64,000 nt of DNA from Eukaryota sp. TZLM1-RC (Eukaryota; Protista; Metamonada: BaSk clade), in contig JAUPSS010000008.1 in NCBI GenBank assembly GCA_040285825.1, positions 124,001 through 188,000 on the forward strand, read 5' to 3'. The number at the start of each line of letters is the position of its first letter. The first letter of the stretch is position 1. This document shows, in pieces, positions 1 to 12,046 of this stretch. Both the position numbers and the translations under genes were made by a program. A model generated the notes under the pieces. The model saw only the letters and a program-made list of their open reading frames with translations, did not search any database and was not told the DNA's origin.

Positions 1-540
1 CTGCTGAAGGAAACACTTTCTCTGAATAATTTTGTTTCTGATGATAGAGGTGATGTATACTGTGATTGGATTGATAATTCTGAAGCTATTGTTGACTTTG
101 TCTCATGTAATGTTGCAAATGATACTTTAGTTCACAGAAGAAAACTTAATCCTGTCACTGCTCTTGATTTTAAAGCAAAAAAGAAACATAGAAAATATGA
201 TAAAGATATTGAAGAGGCTAATGTCGATAGAAATACACAGCTGGTTTTTATTGCTTTCCCATTTTCGATAAATGGAAGATTATCAGTTGAAGCAGAAACT
301 TTTTTGGATGACTTCCAAAAAATGGTGCAAGAAAAAACAATGAAAAGATTTGATAATTTTTTATGGCGTTCACGGATTCAATTTGCCATTATTAATAGAT
401 TACCACGGTTTTTCAATCGAATAAGAGAAGCTTTAGCTAGACAGCAAATAGATCAAGATTTTGTAGAGGAAATCTTGGTTCAATGATAATCGTCCCATTA
501 GTTATGAGTTAATTAAATTAAGTGTGCAAATTCAATAAAT
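1..540 (+). mobile_element. CRE-clade non-LTR retrotransposon, 3' end (RLE endonuclease + 3' UTR), family A
   Basis: Frame 1 is open from base 1 to 486: RGDVYCDW..VDFV..K..KY..FPFSINGRL, the PD-(D/E)xK RLE pattern. Near-identical to 18082-18530 including the 3' UTR. Confidence 0.85.
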
Positions 541-636
541 AATTTGGTCCAAAAAAATTAAGGACCCAAACTTTATTCAACGAATTCTATCAAAGAAATT
601 TTGCCCTCCATACCTTGATTTTTGGCCAGTATTTAA

Positions 637-720
637 GCTGTTTTGATTGGTGTTTAAAATGCTGTTTTGATTGGTGTTTTGATTGGTGTTTAAAACGCTG
701 TTTTGATTGGTGTTTTGATT
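637..720. repeat. Short tandem repeat with 12-bp core GTTTTGATTGGT
   Basis: About 5 copies of GTTTTGATT(GGT) visible; produces the NQNT repeats of ORF 577..861. Confidence 0.8.
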
Positions 721-1449
721 AGAGCCCCAGATTCTACTTTTACTAAGCAAGTCCTCTACATCACAACTACACGTCTCCCCACACACAACTTTTTTGTTTT
801 CAAATACAATCCTTTTTTCATCAATTTTAAATGATTTAGACGGAGGAAATTCCCAAATCACAGTTCCAATACATATTCTTTATTTTATGTAAAGAAATGA
901 GCCTCGAAGCAGTTGTAGCACAACTTTTGTTGGCTTCTAATCACCATATTGAACCTCAACAATGGACAACATATTCATCATCCACCAGGAGTTACTGAAA
1001 CCTTATCTGGTATAAATCACTCAAAAATTCTTAAATACATTTTAAAATAGGCATAATTTAAAAGTTTCCATTTTGTTCATAGCAAAATCAACTTGAAAAA
1101 CACTTGCTGATAAAGTATATAATTATAGTAAAAATTCAATGATACTGAATACTTAACACAAAAATTGAGAATTAAGGTGACAAAATTGTTCGAACCAAGG
1201 TATACACTACATAAGAAGTTTGTTGATCTTCTTTGTGCCTCCTGTTTGACTTGCTTGAAAACAATGGCAATTTATCGCGGAGAAAAGAAATCGGGAACAT
1301 TATACATTATACAATACTTCAGCATCACTTAGATTTTGTTTTCAAACTATTTCCTTGAAGCCATACAAAAAATTTCTCTTTTTTACCAATAGCCCTGAAA
1401 TTTTAAACAATTGTGAAACCTTAAAGCAGACACAGAATGAAACAAATTG

Positions 1450-2100
1450 CCTATTTCTATTAAATCTTTATAATGCTGCTGAGAAACAAATCTGTTTGAT
1501 TGTAACACAAGATCAACAAAGTTGAAGAAGCTCTTATTAAAGAAAACAACTGAAATTGTTGACCCCAGAAATTTATGTTGCAAGTACAAAGTTCCAAATA
1601 CCTTACCCAAATTTTCAAAAAAATAGTTTCAGCCCTTGGATCAAACCTTCCATAGAACATGGTGTGAAACTGAAAAATTGTATCTAGTATTATTCAAGCC
1701 AGAATTTGACTCTTAAACCTCTGAATTTTAGTTTTTTTCACGGGTTTAGTATCAAATTTCGGTAATAAAAGTAGAAGATTTGCTATAGAGGTCAACAATA
1801 GGGGACTTTGATATCATTTTTTTGGCCATCAGTCCAAGGCCCAATGAGGTCACCCTCATTATAATGATGAGGTTTCTTGTTATAATAATACTCTCAGCAA
1901 CGGGAAAGTGCGTGTTTCATTTTGGCATAAAATCCATTGTTTTCAACAGTTTGTAACAACAATCACGAAGACCATTGTGAAAAACTGACTCTTAGTTTAT
2001 TTACTTAGGACAATAAACTGTGTGGTAAATATTTCCAAATTTTTTAACATCACAAATGGATATATAGTCATTATTCATAAATCATATCATAAACATTAAA
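1450..2100 (-). pseudogene. Heavily degraded CRE-type RLE domain
   Basis: Minus-strand pieces VFHNGLRDCCYKLLK (cf. VHDAVRDQLYAMCK), EGDLIGPWTDG and FYGRFDPRAETIFL occur in the expected order. Confidence 0.45.
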
Positions 2101-2499
2101 GCAATTCACTGTTTATTGTTGCACATTGATTTTTCAATGCCATTCCTTTCTTGATTAAAAGGTATTTTAGGACCAATTACTGTTTGAAAATGCGACGTTC
2201 AGCTACTTTTAAACATCAATTGATACACTTTGATACATTTGTGAAGGTGAATCTTTTGCTGTGTTTAATGGTTGTATTTGATTATTTTTCGTTGACTCTA
2301 ATCAATATTTATTTCAGTTCTATCAAATTTCACAAATAAATATAATTACTATTTATCTTGAAATAATATATATAAAATACCTTTTATTGATAAAAAATAC
2401 AATTTTTACTATTAACAATCAAGATAAAATACTGAGCTTGCATCACTGTCGAGCAGCCGCCCATGATGGGATTTTATTATTGTACTTTATTTAACAACC

Positions 2500-2917
2500 A
2501 CATACGGAATTAGTCAGCAGAAAAATACGGTATGAGCAATTGAGAGCCTGGAATGTTAATTCTTTATAGATTATTTTCATATAAGATTTTGAGATGAGTA
2601 ATCCTTTCATCAATGAAATGCAGCAATCAGCAACTATTCTTTTTACTGAAAGTTCAAAAGGAAATGACTCAACCTAAAAATCTAAACTTGACAATAACAA
2701 TTCAAGACTCTGATATTTCGAACTTTTTAATGTATGCCTACTATCTTAATATTGTTCCATCGGTGAAGTTAACTCACAAATTAGAACTGTCGTCCTTCTG
2801 ATTCTCACATATTTTTTGAGATAAGAACCAGATCAGGTCTTAACTCAGTCACAACCAATGGCAAATTTACATAATGATTTGTGTAATAAGATAAATCGCA
2901 ATAAACATCATAATGAT
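2500..2917 (-). mobile_element. NeSL/HERO/R2-like non-LTR retrotransposon, RLE endonuclease part (3' portion, split by LTR element)
   Basis: LRPDLVL...ICELTSPME...KYQSL motifs; continues the WRHD motif found on the other side of the LTR element (~7890). Confidence 0.7.
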
Positions 2918-2921
2918 CCAG

Positions 2922-3110
2922 TGATGCCTGTGGGCTAGAGTCAGACATATGTATAGACAGAGAGTAATTTATTACGACGGGAAATGAGCTATAGTGAACT
3001 TCAATACCGTCACCAGTGAAGTCTCCATCAATGAACAATAAACATTAAGCTAATATACAAGAATAAATAGATAAGTCTATCTACACTCTAGAATAGTGTA
3101 AAGACTAACA
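2922..3110 (-). repeat. 3' LTR (189 bp)
   Basis: Direct repeat of 7658-7846 with a few substitutions; TG...CA ends. Confidence 0.95.
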
Positions 3111-6100
3111 CTACTTTGTCCCCTCCTTTCGACGGTCTTTTCTGGCTCTTCTACGAGGTTGTTTGCAAGTAGGTTGACCAGTAGGGGGTCGAGACTTATT
3201 AGTCTGGAGGAAGGCTCTGTAGGCCTTAGTGTTCTTAATGCGGTCGACAGGCTCAGTGCCTCGTACATCTCCAGCGTATACGACTTGACACTCGTTACCA
3301 TCCTGGCTGAGAACTTCTAATAAAAGATGTTCCTCAGTATCACCTGAGGCCACGATACAATAAAATTCGTCATCAGTGGGCTTATCAAAATGGTATAATT
3401 TGCATTGTGAAATGCTAGCCTTAGATTCGACACCTGTGATTAAATTCTTTATTAATAAAGTTGATTTACTAGGTTTGTCGATGACCAGATATGGGCCCAG
3501 ATAATTCCCATGTAATTTGGAGTTACTAAATGATTTGAGGATTAAGCATCCAACTTCGAATAGCAGGTTACTCATGCTTGGCTTCTCCTCCGGCGATTTC
3601 GATATTTGGGTGATTTCTGCTTTTTCTCGTTTTTCTTTTAATCGATTGTAGTTAGATTGGATATCCAGAATGAAAGTAACTTCAGTGGTAGCCTTTTCGA
3701 TGGTGGAGAAAATTGATAAAGGATCAGCTCTGGGACTGACGTCTGACCCAAACATAAGCTCAAATGGACTGAAACCTGTGACAGAGCTCTTGGAAGAATT
3801 TGTTAAGAGTTGTACGTAAGGTATGTATTCTGACCAGTTGTCATAGGCGTTAAAATCGATTAAGAGCTTCCTAAGATTTTGTAAGATGACTCTATGACGT
3901 CGTTCAACTAGGCCATTTGATTGACTGAAATTTGGAATACTGTTCGTCACGTCGATAGACAAGAATTCGCAGAGTAATTTAAACACGTTGTTGGCGAATT
4001 CTGGGCCGTTGTCACTGTGAAAGCTGTTGGGTATACCGAAGATGGCACATACACTCCAAATCAAAGCGTCAGCTGTCAGCCTTGCGTTTACTTCTTTGAG
4101 GAATACGAGGATTGTATACCGAGTGAAACTGTCTACGAAAACTAAGATGTACTAATTGTCCTCTTGATCTGGAGGAAGAGGACCAATGGTATCCACGTTC
4201 AATCTCACGAAGGGTTTGTCAGCCCAGAGAGATCCGGTGGATGGAGTGATAAATTTGGGGACAGGTGACGTTTTCTGAAATGATGGACAAGAACGCACGT
4301 GGTTCTTTATGTCATCAGTCATACTGGGCCAGTAGTAGTCGCTAGAGGATAGCATGTGTAAACTCTCAGACATACTAGGGTGACCGCCTGATACATAACC
4401 GTGTATGATCAAGAGCGTGTCGTTGATGAGTGATGACGGGATGATGATCTTGCCTGATTCGTTAACGTAGAGGTCAAGATGAATGACGGAACAGTTATTG
4501 AATGAACGTTCGTGAGCTGCAACAGCTAGTCTTTGCTCTGAACGGATTTTAGTCAACCATTGATCGAACATGGGGATTGCAGATGCACATTTCTCCTTCA
4601 AAATGAGGATTTTGTGGGTGTCCGAAAGGTCGTCTGGGTCTGGAAGAGCAGAGTCGTCTGATGGATTATAGTTTCTGATATAATAGATTGGGTGAAACGG
4701 TTCATAGGTGTTCTCGCTCGCTGAAGAATGAGTGTTGCCAGTGTTGATTGTGTTTATGCGTACAGGATCAGTCGTTGGGACCTGTCTGGATAGCATGTCG
4801 GCCCAGTAGTTGTCTTCCCCCGAGGTGTGTACCAACTCGAAGTCGAACTCACTGAGTATTGGTAACCAACGTGTGACAATTCGATTCTTATCAGGGGCTG
4901 TTACCAGATATGAGAGGTTTCTGTAATCTGTGAATATCGTTAGCTTCCTGCTTTTGAGGTAGCTCTCGATTCATGATTCTGTTAGGATGAGAAGTATAGC
5001 GTAAAGCTCTTTTTGCATCGTTGACCAATTCTTTTGGGAATTGGAGAGAATCCTGCTGAAGAAACTAATAGGTCTGACCTTTCGGTCAATGAGAGGAGTG
5101 CCATTGTGTTCACAAGGATCATATTCTTCCCAGATGAAGCCGCCAATAGCAATGTCTGATGCGTCACAACTAATAAGGACACGGTTATCTGTTGGGGGTA
5201 AACTCAATGGCATATTCTCTTTTACGAGTTGCTTGATCTTGTTGAAACGGAGTTCATGAACTGAGGTCCACTCGATACGGCGGGGGTTTCCTCTAGTAAG
5301 CTCGATGATAGGAGATATGATTTCGGATACCGAAGGCAGCCAGTCTCTAATGTAGTTGATGGATCCTACAAAGCTTCTGACGTCTTTCACTGTCTTGGGA
5401 GCTGGAAGCTGGACCAATCCAGTTAGTCGTGAGGGATCGATTTGGCGTGTACCATTGACGAAGATACTACCGAGAATCTTGATTTCATGATCTTTAGACT
5501 TGAAATGGCATTTAGGTAGGCCAAGTCTGACCCGTTTTTCTCTAGCGCGCAAAAGGAATTTTTTAAGCCTGTCGATGAATTCAGGAAGGGTATTACCTAT
5601 GATAATGATATCGTCGATGTAGATAAATACGCCTTCGATGCTAAAGATGCTGGACATTACGTTTTGAAACATTGCGGGGACGTTTTTGAGACCGAAACAC
5701 GCCCTGTTGAAGCTGACGCTGCGACCAGGAATGCTGAGTGTGGTTTTCTCGATGTCTCTTTCGTTGATCTTGAGTTGCCAAAATGCTTTTGGGAGATCAA
5801 GTGTTCCATGTAATTAGCTTGAGATAAGAACTCTAATACGTCAAAGATCTTTGGAAGGTTTGGAGCGATGGGGATAGTGTTCGCATTGACTCCATTCGGA
5901 CCACTGAAATCGTCTGTAAGGCGTGGTTTCCGATGATCAGGATAAACTACAAGAACAACTGGGGAGCTGAATCTGCCATTGGATTCTGTGGCGAAACCAG
6001 ATTCGATTAACTCATCGAAGATTTGGTTGGCGATTTTGAGTCGTTCAGGGTTTAATTTGCGAGGTGGACGATAAACAACAGTGTCTTCATTGTAGAAATC

Positions 6101-6660
6101 GAAGTCCATGGGGTTGCAGTCGATGCCGTCTTCATGGGGTTTCAACGTAAAACCATCTTTGAACTCTTCGAGAGTTGCGAGGAGCTGTTGATTTTCTGAT
6201 TGATTGTTGAGCTTTATTTGACAACCTGACGAGTTGACGTGATCTTCGAATGTTTTTGACACCTTAAAATCAGATATCTGTGAAATTCTGTGGTCAAACT
6301 CAGCTTCAGGTAACATTAGTGTTCTGTGAAGCTCATCGAGATGAATGTATACCCTGTCGTTGTTCATGAGGCCGAGTTCATATAGAATGTCTATTCCTAT
6401 AATTCAAATGTTGTTGCCTAGAACGATTGGTAACGATTTGGTAAGAGGCGCAACTTTGACAATGCTACCGACATTGAAGGATAGGATTCCTTTGGCATTG
6501 CCGTCAGAGTTTGATGGTTCTCCGTTAACACCAATAAATTTGACAGATTCAGGGTTGTGTTCCATCTTGCATTTTGTGGATAGGTCTCTTGAGATGACAG
6601 ATATGGAAGCTCCACTTGTCAATGAGACCAGATACCTCTATGTTATTAATTTGTAACCAG
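3111..6660 (-). pseudogene. pol: gypsy pol (protease, RT, RNase H, integrase with GPY/F and degenerate chromodomain-like tail), frameshifted
   Basis: LID/SGAS protease, YIDD RT, CDASD/KELYA/ADMLSR RNase H, GH..C zinc finger, VDTIGP/SDNGPEF/VERRH DDE triad, YLGPY; several frameshifts and stops. Confidence 0.9.
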
Positions 6661-7657
6661 AGTTCTATAAACTTGGGACAATCAATTGATTTATTGGCAC
6701 AAACAGAAGACAAACTAAAAAATCTATTGATATTTGAAGTTTCAGTGTGGGGATCAGATGTGCTCAAAAGATTTAAGAGGCGTTTGGGAGGAGAAGTGTC
6801 GAGATCCGAAAGGGACAAATCTCCAGAAAGGGGTTTGGGGATGGAGGGATCAGGAGAGAGAACGTGACTTCTGGGTACCCAGAAAACGCATGGGTTACCG
6901 TCTTCATCCTCACCATGAACAGCTACTTTCTCTTGACGAGAAGGTATGGGAGTGGTTTCGGGATTAGTTGGGAGACTTCTCAGAGTAGGAGGGATTTCCA
7001 ATGAGTTCCATGCTCTCGAGAGCTCCTGACCGTAAGCACTACGAGCGGCGAAAACTTGGACTGGATTAGATTCGACTGCTGATTCTCTGTCCAAACGGAA
7101 TGAATAGAAATCCATGAGACAATCCGGATCTAAATGAGTCAATGGATCATAGGGTTGGGGCATCAGCAAGAACTTAAAATTGTCTCCATCTTCTTCAACC
7201 GAAGGAATCCGAGGAGGAGACTCGTTTAGAAACATCTGAATCATGAACTGCTCGAAGTGGTCCTTAGAAGCACAAGTAGCAAGTTCTAGCTTCAAGGCGA
7301 GTAGATCCAGAAAGTTCCATAGTTCTAAATCCCTACGGAATTTGTCCATGGTATACTGCCATTTGAATTTAGTAGGAGTAGATACCTTTTAGAAGGAGAG
7401 GAGGGACGAACCTGACCAGTAGAATCTGTCGACTCCTTGGAAGCCGTAGAGGTAGACTCCCCTTTCGAGGTGTCTGCGTTGGCTTCTTCAGGAGAAGAAA
7501 AATCCTTGGCAGGAGTGAGAGGGTCCCCCTCTGAATCCTGAGGATTGTTGGCGAGATGGGAGGCGGAATTCCTACGGCCGAGGTTGGTTTCACCCGGAGG
7601 TGAGGCAGCATCCAGAGAAGCCTGTTGTTCGTTAGCCGATGAACGGCCAATAATTAT

Positions 7658-7846
7658 TGATGCCTGTGGGCTAGAGTCAGACATATGTATAGACAGAGAG
7701 TAATTTATTACGATGGAAAATGAGCTATAGTGAACTTCAATGCCATCACTAGTGAAGTCTCCATGAATGAACAATAAACATTAAGCTAATATACAAGAAT
7801 CAATAGATAAGTGTATCTACACTCTGGAATAGTGTAAAGACTAACA
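7658..7846 (-). repeat. 5' LTR (189 bp)
   Basis: Direct repeat of 2922-3110. Confidence 0.95.
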
Positions 7847-7850
7847 CTAG

Positions 7851-9550
7851 GAAAGAAAGTAAGAGGTTAAAAAAATGATTGAAAATTGAATCATGTCTCC
7901 ATTTAGGTCTATTGTTTATTTCGGGGATTTGATAACTTGGACAACTGCAGAAAATGTGACACAACGTAGCTGGTCCAAATTGACATAATGATCACACAGG
8001 ATACAATAGTTTAGATCCTTCTGGTATTTTCCGACAAAATTTCCATCGATAAAGATTATCAGAAGTAGGTAGTGCAATCAAGGAAGAATTAATTGCAAAC
8101 TTAATGAATACACGTTGAAAATCAATCAGCACGGACATCCAATGATGAACAGTGTTCATATTTTCTGAGTTCAAAATAAAATTGTTCATGCAAGATTGTG
8201 CTTTACATTTATGAATGTGTCCATTTTTCGTAAATTTGCTCATATTCAAATTTGAAAACAATTTTCTTACGAATTTGAATATTTTTCAATTGATTACTTT
8301 CTTCAACCGATAGAGAACATTTTTCCAGTTTTTTTATTGGATTCAAATTCAATTTTCAATTAGATCTTCTTTGTTTCATTATTTTCCAGTAAATTTCTCA
8401 AATTAGGATCTAAAAATTTAGCAGAATGTGGTATTTATGAATATGACATTTATCATACAATAGGGTAAGACCAGGAAAACCAGAACCAAACTAACATTTG
8501 GATAAATATTAATAATTCACTTCAGCAGTTTTAGTAACATCTAGCCTTGATTTCAACGTTCTACTCAATAGGTAATAGTAGTTTCAATAAATGTAATTGG
8601 AGATAATGTACTTGTAAATATCAACGTAAAAATTGTGGAAAGCATAATTCAATCATTGTTGCATTCATTGTTTGATTAGGAAACTGTTTCATCATCTATT
8701 TAATCTTTGACGAAACACAATTGGAAATAATAAGAGCATTACAAGTACCTGTTGCATATTGTGCCCTGAAACGCATTTTTTATCAACGAAGTAATTTCAA
8801 AATCATTACTTAAGAACTAGATATTGTAAATTTGTGATTAATTTTAGAATAAAAAACGGCACCAAATTTTTCTACAGCTGCAACTAAAAAATTAGTTCCT
8901 TCTAGCCCACAGAGTTCTTCTGTCTGCTTAGTTTGATATTATTTGGGAGAGCAAGAAGACAGATGATTCTGATCTACCGAATAAATTAATGTCATCAGCA
9001 AAAGCACTATTTGTTTTACGAAGACCTGATGCAAGTGTTTTATGTTTGGCAATAATGTTCGAATCATTTAAAGAAATTAGTGCTGTATTGATAAAAATAA
9101 GAAATAAAATAGGATACAACATGTTCCAATTCTAAGCCAAACCGGAGTTATTGAATACATGAAATAGTGAAATTAATGAAGTTGATTGGAAATTTATAAA
9201 ACCTGAGAACAAAATTAATCAAAGACTGATCCTAATGCATTGGCTACATCTGTCATAATTAAATAAAATTTTGACCTAGAATTATTTTTGACAGCTCAAT
9301 TTACGCTAGCAAAAACGAATTGGTTTTCAATACAACCGCTTATACCAGGTAAAAACCTCTTTTAAGATTTAGATATTAAATTATTGAAAATCATATGCTT
9401 TATGGCAAATTTGGTAGTAAAAATGTTAGATTGACAGGGTGTAAGAAAAACAGGTCTACAATTTTTCAAAATTTTACATTTTTTGACAAATGTCAAATCT
9501 CAAGACAGTTCTGCAAAACAGATCTTGTAAACAATTGATTTGCATTTTCT
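7851..9550 (-). mobile_element. NeSL/HERO/R2-like non-LTR retrotransposon, degraded RT and CCHC region
   Basis: GF.PGISGCIEN, DVANA.GSV, PILFLIFIN, AFADDI, LPTSDNLYRW, ATLCHIFCSCP, WRHD in order on the minus strand with many indels. Confidence 0.7.
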
Positions 9551-9555
9551 GGTTA

Positions 9556-9730
9556 AATACAATTGTTTTGTGCATTTTTAATTCTATTCCAACCATGATG
9601 CTCTTTTAGCTATTGGTGCAGAATATGAACGAAATGCTGTGAGTAGGTTCAGCAATTGTGATGCTTGTTTCGAGGATATTGAATATTAGACAGAATTTTA
9701 GATCAATAAAAATATAGTTATTCAAAAAAA
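9556..9730 (+). mobile_element. CRE family C 3' fragment
   Basis: Matches 37010-37140 and the reverse complement of ~22620-22760 (AIGAEYERNAVSRFSN...FEDIEY*). Confidence 0.75.
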
Positions 9731-10240
9731 ATTTAAACTTCTGGACCAAAGGCCTAGTGATAAGAGGATTTGTAGATCGAAATATATTATTAAAGTTGGA
9801 ATTGAAACAAAGTCCTATAATGGTAAATTTGATATGTTTCTGTATATCTGATTTCATCATTTGGTCAATTTTCTCGGAAATTAAATTCAACTCATCAAAC
9901 AATTCTTTGGTCCTTCATAATTGTTTCCTAAAAACGAAACCAAATGACTTGCCTTGAAACTTAATTCTATCAACTATCGTTGAAACTGGAGAATTTGAAA
10001 GTTAAACACTTTTGAGCAAGTTAAGTTGCAGACCATGAGTGTTGATTATTTGTTGTTTTTCAAGTGTCGTCAATATCTTGAAATAGACCCAAACTAGGGA
10101 GCGAAGAAGTTAATACTCCTACCAACTGTTATTCATCTGTTGCTTGAAAGCAATAGTAATATCCATCATTAGTCACGGAGAGTTAGCTCAACGACTCTCT
10201 TTTGTCTCATAAATTAAGATTAGTGAAATAATAACTCTAT
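9731..10240 (-). pseudogene. Degraded CRE RT-thumb fragment
   Basis: KHIKFTIIGLCFNSNFNNIFRSTNP resembles KHIKFFILKICYSGKFTHILRSTPP of other copies. Confidence 0.5.
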
Positions 10241-10249
10241 TTATTTAAA

Positions 10250-12004
10250 TTATCCTAAACATTCAGCACAGTCGTTACAGAAAAACAATTCTGGCTCATC
10301 GGTATATATCTTACCAACACAATGAAAATGAAAAGTTGAATCACAAACTCCCTCACACTCAAGTTTAGCCCATTTAGATTCAACTTTCCATTCATTCATG
10401 TGACAAATAGGACAATAGGTTTCATCAACCTCAAATCCATTGTCTGAGTCTTTGTTAGATGTCTCGTTCAATGTTTTAGATTTTTTAGGTGATGAACAAC
10501 AACACTTTTCCATTTTGGTTTTTTCTTCAACAGCGCTATTGTGCTTTACTACAAGCCCTTCTGATAATGTACTCAAAAGTTCAGTAACCAAGCCTTTGGG
10601 TGACTGGAATAACTCTATGCCGTTTTCCACCCACTGGCCCTTAAGTTGTATCATCCTGGACATCAATGGTTTAAGATATATATCATTGATTCTATATAGT
10701 CCTTTTTCTATTTCCAATGAATCTTCACGATCTTGATTGGTAGTTAATTCATGAGTTGCTTCAAAGAAAGTTGAACAATTGACCATTGCTCTTCTTAAAA
10801 GTAAGCGTTTCTCCTTTTTATTTACTTCCACATGCTCAGGCTTTATTTTGAGAAAAGTTGTCAACTTCTTATCCAGTTTGGCCAATTGTCGTTTTTCAGC
10901 TATTACTGCACATTTCTCTTCAAGAATATTGTGAATTTTCTTATCAACTTTTTCGTTTTGGTTGCTGCGTTTGGAAGTCTTTTTTATTTGATTGCGGTTT
11001 GTCTTTACCTTTTCAATAGGCTTTAATTTTTGGTCACCCTTTTCTACAACAGCATTAGATTTTTGCATTAGATCCGTTTTAAAAGATGCGTCTTTTGAAG
11101 AAACTTTGTGTCTAGTAAATCCTTCATTCTTCAGTTTTTCATCGTTCTCTCTGACTATTTCAATTTCTTGAGGGAATTCTCTGTCTTGATCTACACCATC
11201 AATATCAACTAATTCATCAGGATTGAACACATCTGAATCTCCACTATCTGTGTCTGTAGAAGAATCACTCGACAATTCACCAAGTTTTGCCGGCTTCCCA
11301 AAGTGTTCAGGTAAATAGTTCAAATCTTGAATTAATTGCCTAGTTGCAACTCTTGAAGCCAATTGAGCAGTATTTGATCTATTTCTTTCAGACATTCTTA
11401 AAGTGTTTGTTACACAATAGTTTTCGAGGTAGTCACTGGCCTTTGTTACAGTTTTAGTAACAAAACTCTGTAACTGGTCCAGTAATTCGTGTTCCAAGGG
11501 CATCCCATTGACAACATCTTCGTCTATTATAAGAAATTTGACAACATCAGATGTTTTGGAGTCTAAACAAGAAATTGATGGTGCACTTATAATGGATTGT
11601 AAGACAAGATGAGTGGTACGTTCACAATTTTCAGCTTCATCCTCACTTTCTTCCATTCCAGATTCACTGACCGTCTCATATTCATAAATTTCATCATATT
11701 CAATTTCGAATTCCTGGTCTGGGATTGCAGTAATCGATTCAGGAGTAATGGAAGTAGTTTCGCAAGTTGGAGTACCTGGAGCATAGAGTCGCATGGACTG
11801 GGAATTGTTTTGTGATAGTAGATCTTGAACATTGGAATCAGTAGTACAGACTGTGGATTGCTTAATCGGGGGTTCCGAGGATGAAGTGAGCCCACTGGCA
11901 AGACGTGATCGCATGACAATGGAAGAGATGGATTGTGCAGGGAAGATTCCTTCCCTACACAATTTTTTTTCTTTTTTGATTAAATCTTTTCTGCACCGAC
12001 TCAT
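10250..12004 (-). CDS. 584-aa protein with acidic low-complexity regions and a C-terminal PHD finger
   Basis: Long intact ORF; C4HC3 pattern CPIC..CEGVC..HFHC..CNDC at the C terminus. Could be transposon-derived. Confidence 0.7.
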   Translation of the reverse strand: MSRCRKDLIKKEKKLCREGIFPAQSISSIVMRSRLASGLTSSSEPPIKQSTVCTTDSNVQDLLSQNNSQSMRLYAPGTPTCETTSITPESITAIPDQEFEIEYDEIYEYETVSESGMEESEDEAENCERTTHLVLQSIISAPSISCLDSKTSDVVKFLIIDEDVVNGMPLEHELLDQLQSFVTKTVTKASDYLENYCVTNTLRMSERNRSNTAQLASRVATRQLIQDLNYLPEHFGKPAKLGELSSDSSTDTDSGDSDVFNPDELVDIDGVDQDREFPQEIEIVRENDEKLKNEGFTRHKVSSKDASFKTDLMQKSNAVVEKGDQKLKPIEKVKTNRNQIKKTSKRSNQNEKVDKKIHNILEEKCAVIAEKRQLAKLDKKLTTFLKIKPEHVEVNKKEKRLLLRRAMVNCSTFFEATHELTTNQDREDSLEIEKGLYRINDIYLKPLMSRMIQLKGQWVENGIELFQSPKGLVTELLSTLSEGLVVKHNSAVEEKTKMEKCCCSSPKKSKTLNETSNKDSDNGFEVDETYCPICHMNEWKVESKWAKLECEGVCDSTFHFHCVGKIYTDEPELFFCNDCAECLG

Positions 12005-12046
12005 TGTGATCTTGTCAATATCTTCTAGAATTCATGTCTGTAATGA

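Larger units (their letters stand above)
2922..7846 (-). mobile_element. Ty3/gypsy LTR retrotransposon (degenerate, gag apparently largely deleted)
   Basis: Two 189-bp direct repeats with TG...CA termini. Domain order PR-RT-RH-IN. Polypurine tract GAAAGGAGGGGACAAAGTAG abuts the 3' LTR. 4-bp flanks CCAG/CTAG (TSD with one mismatch). Confidence 0.95.
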
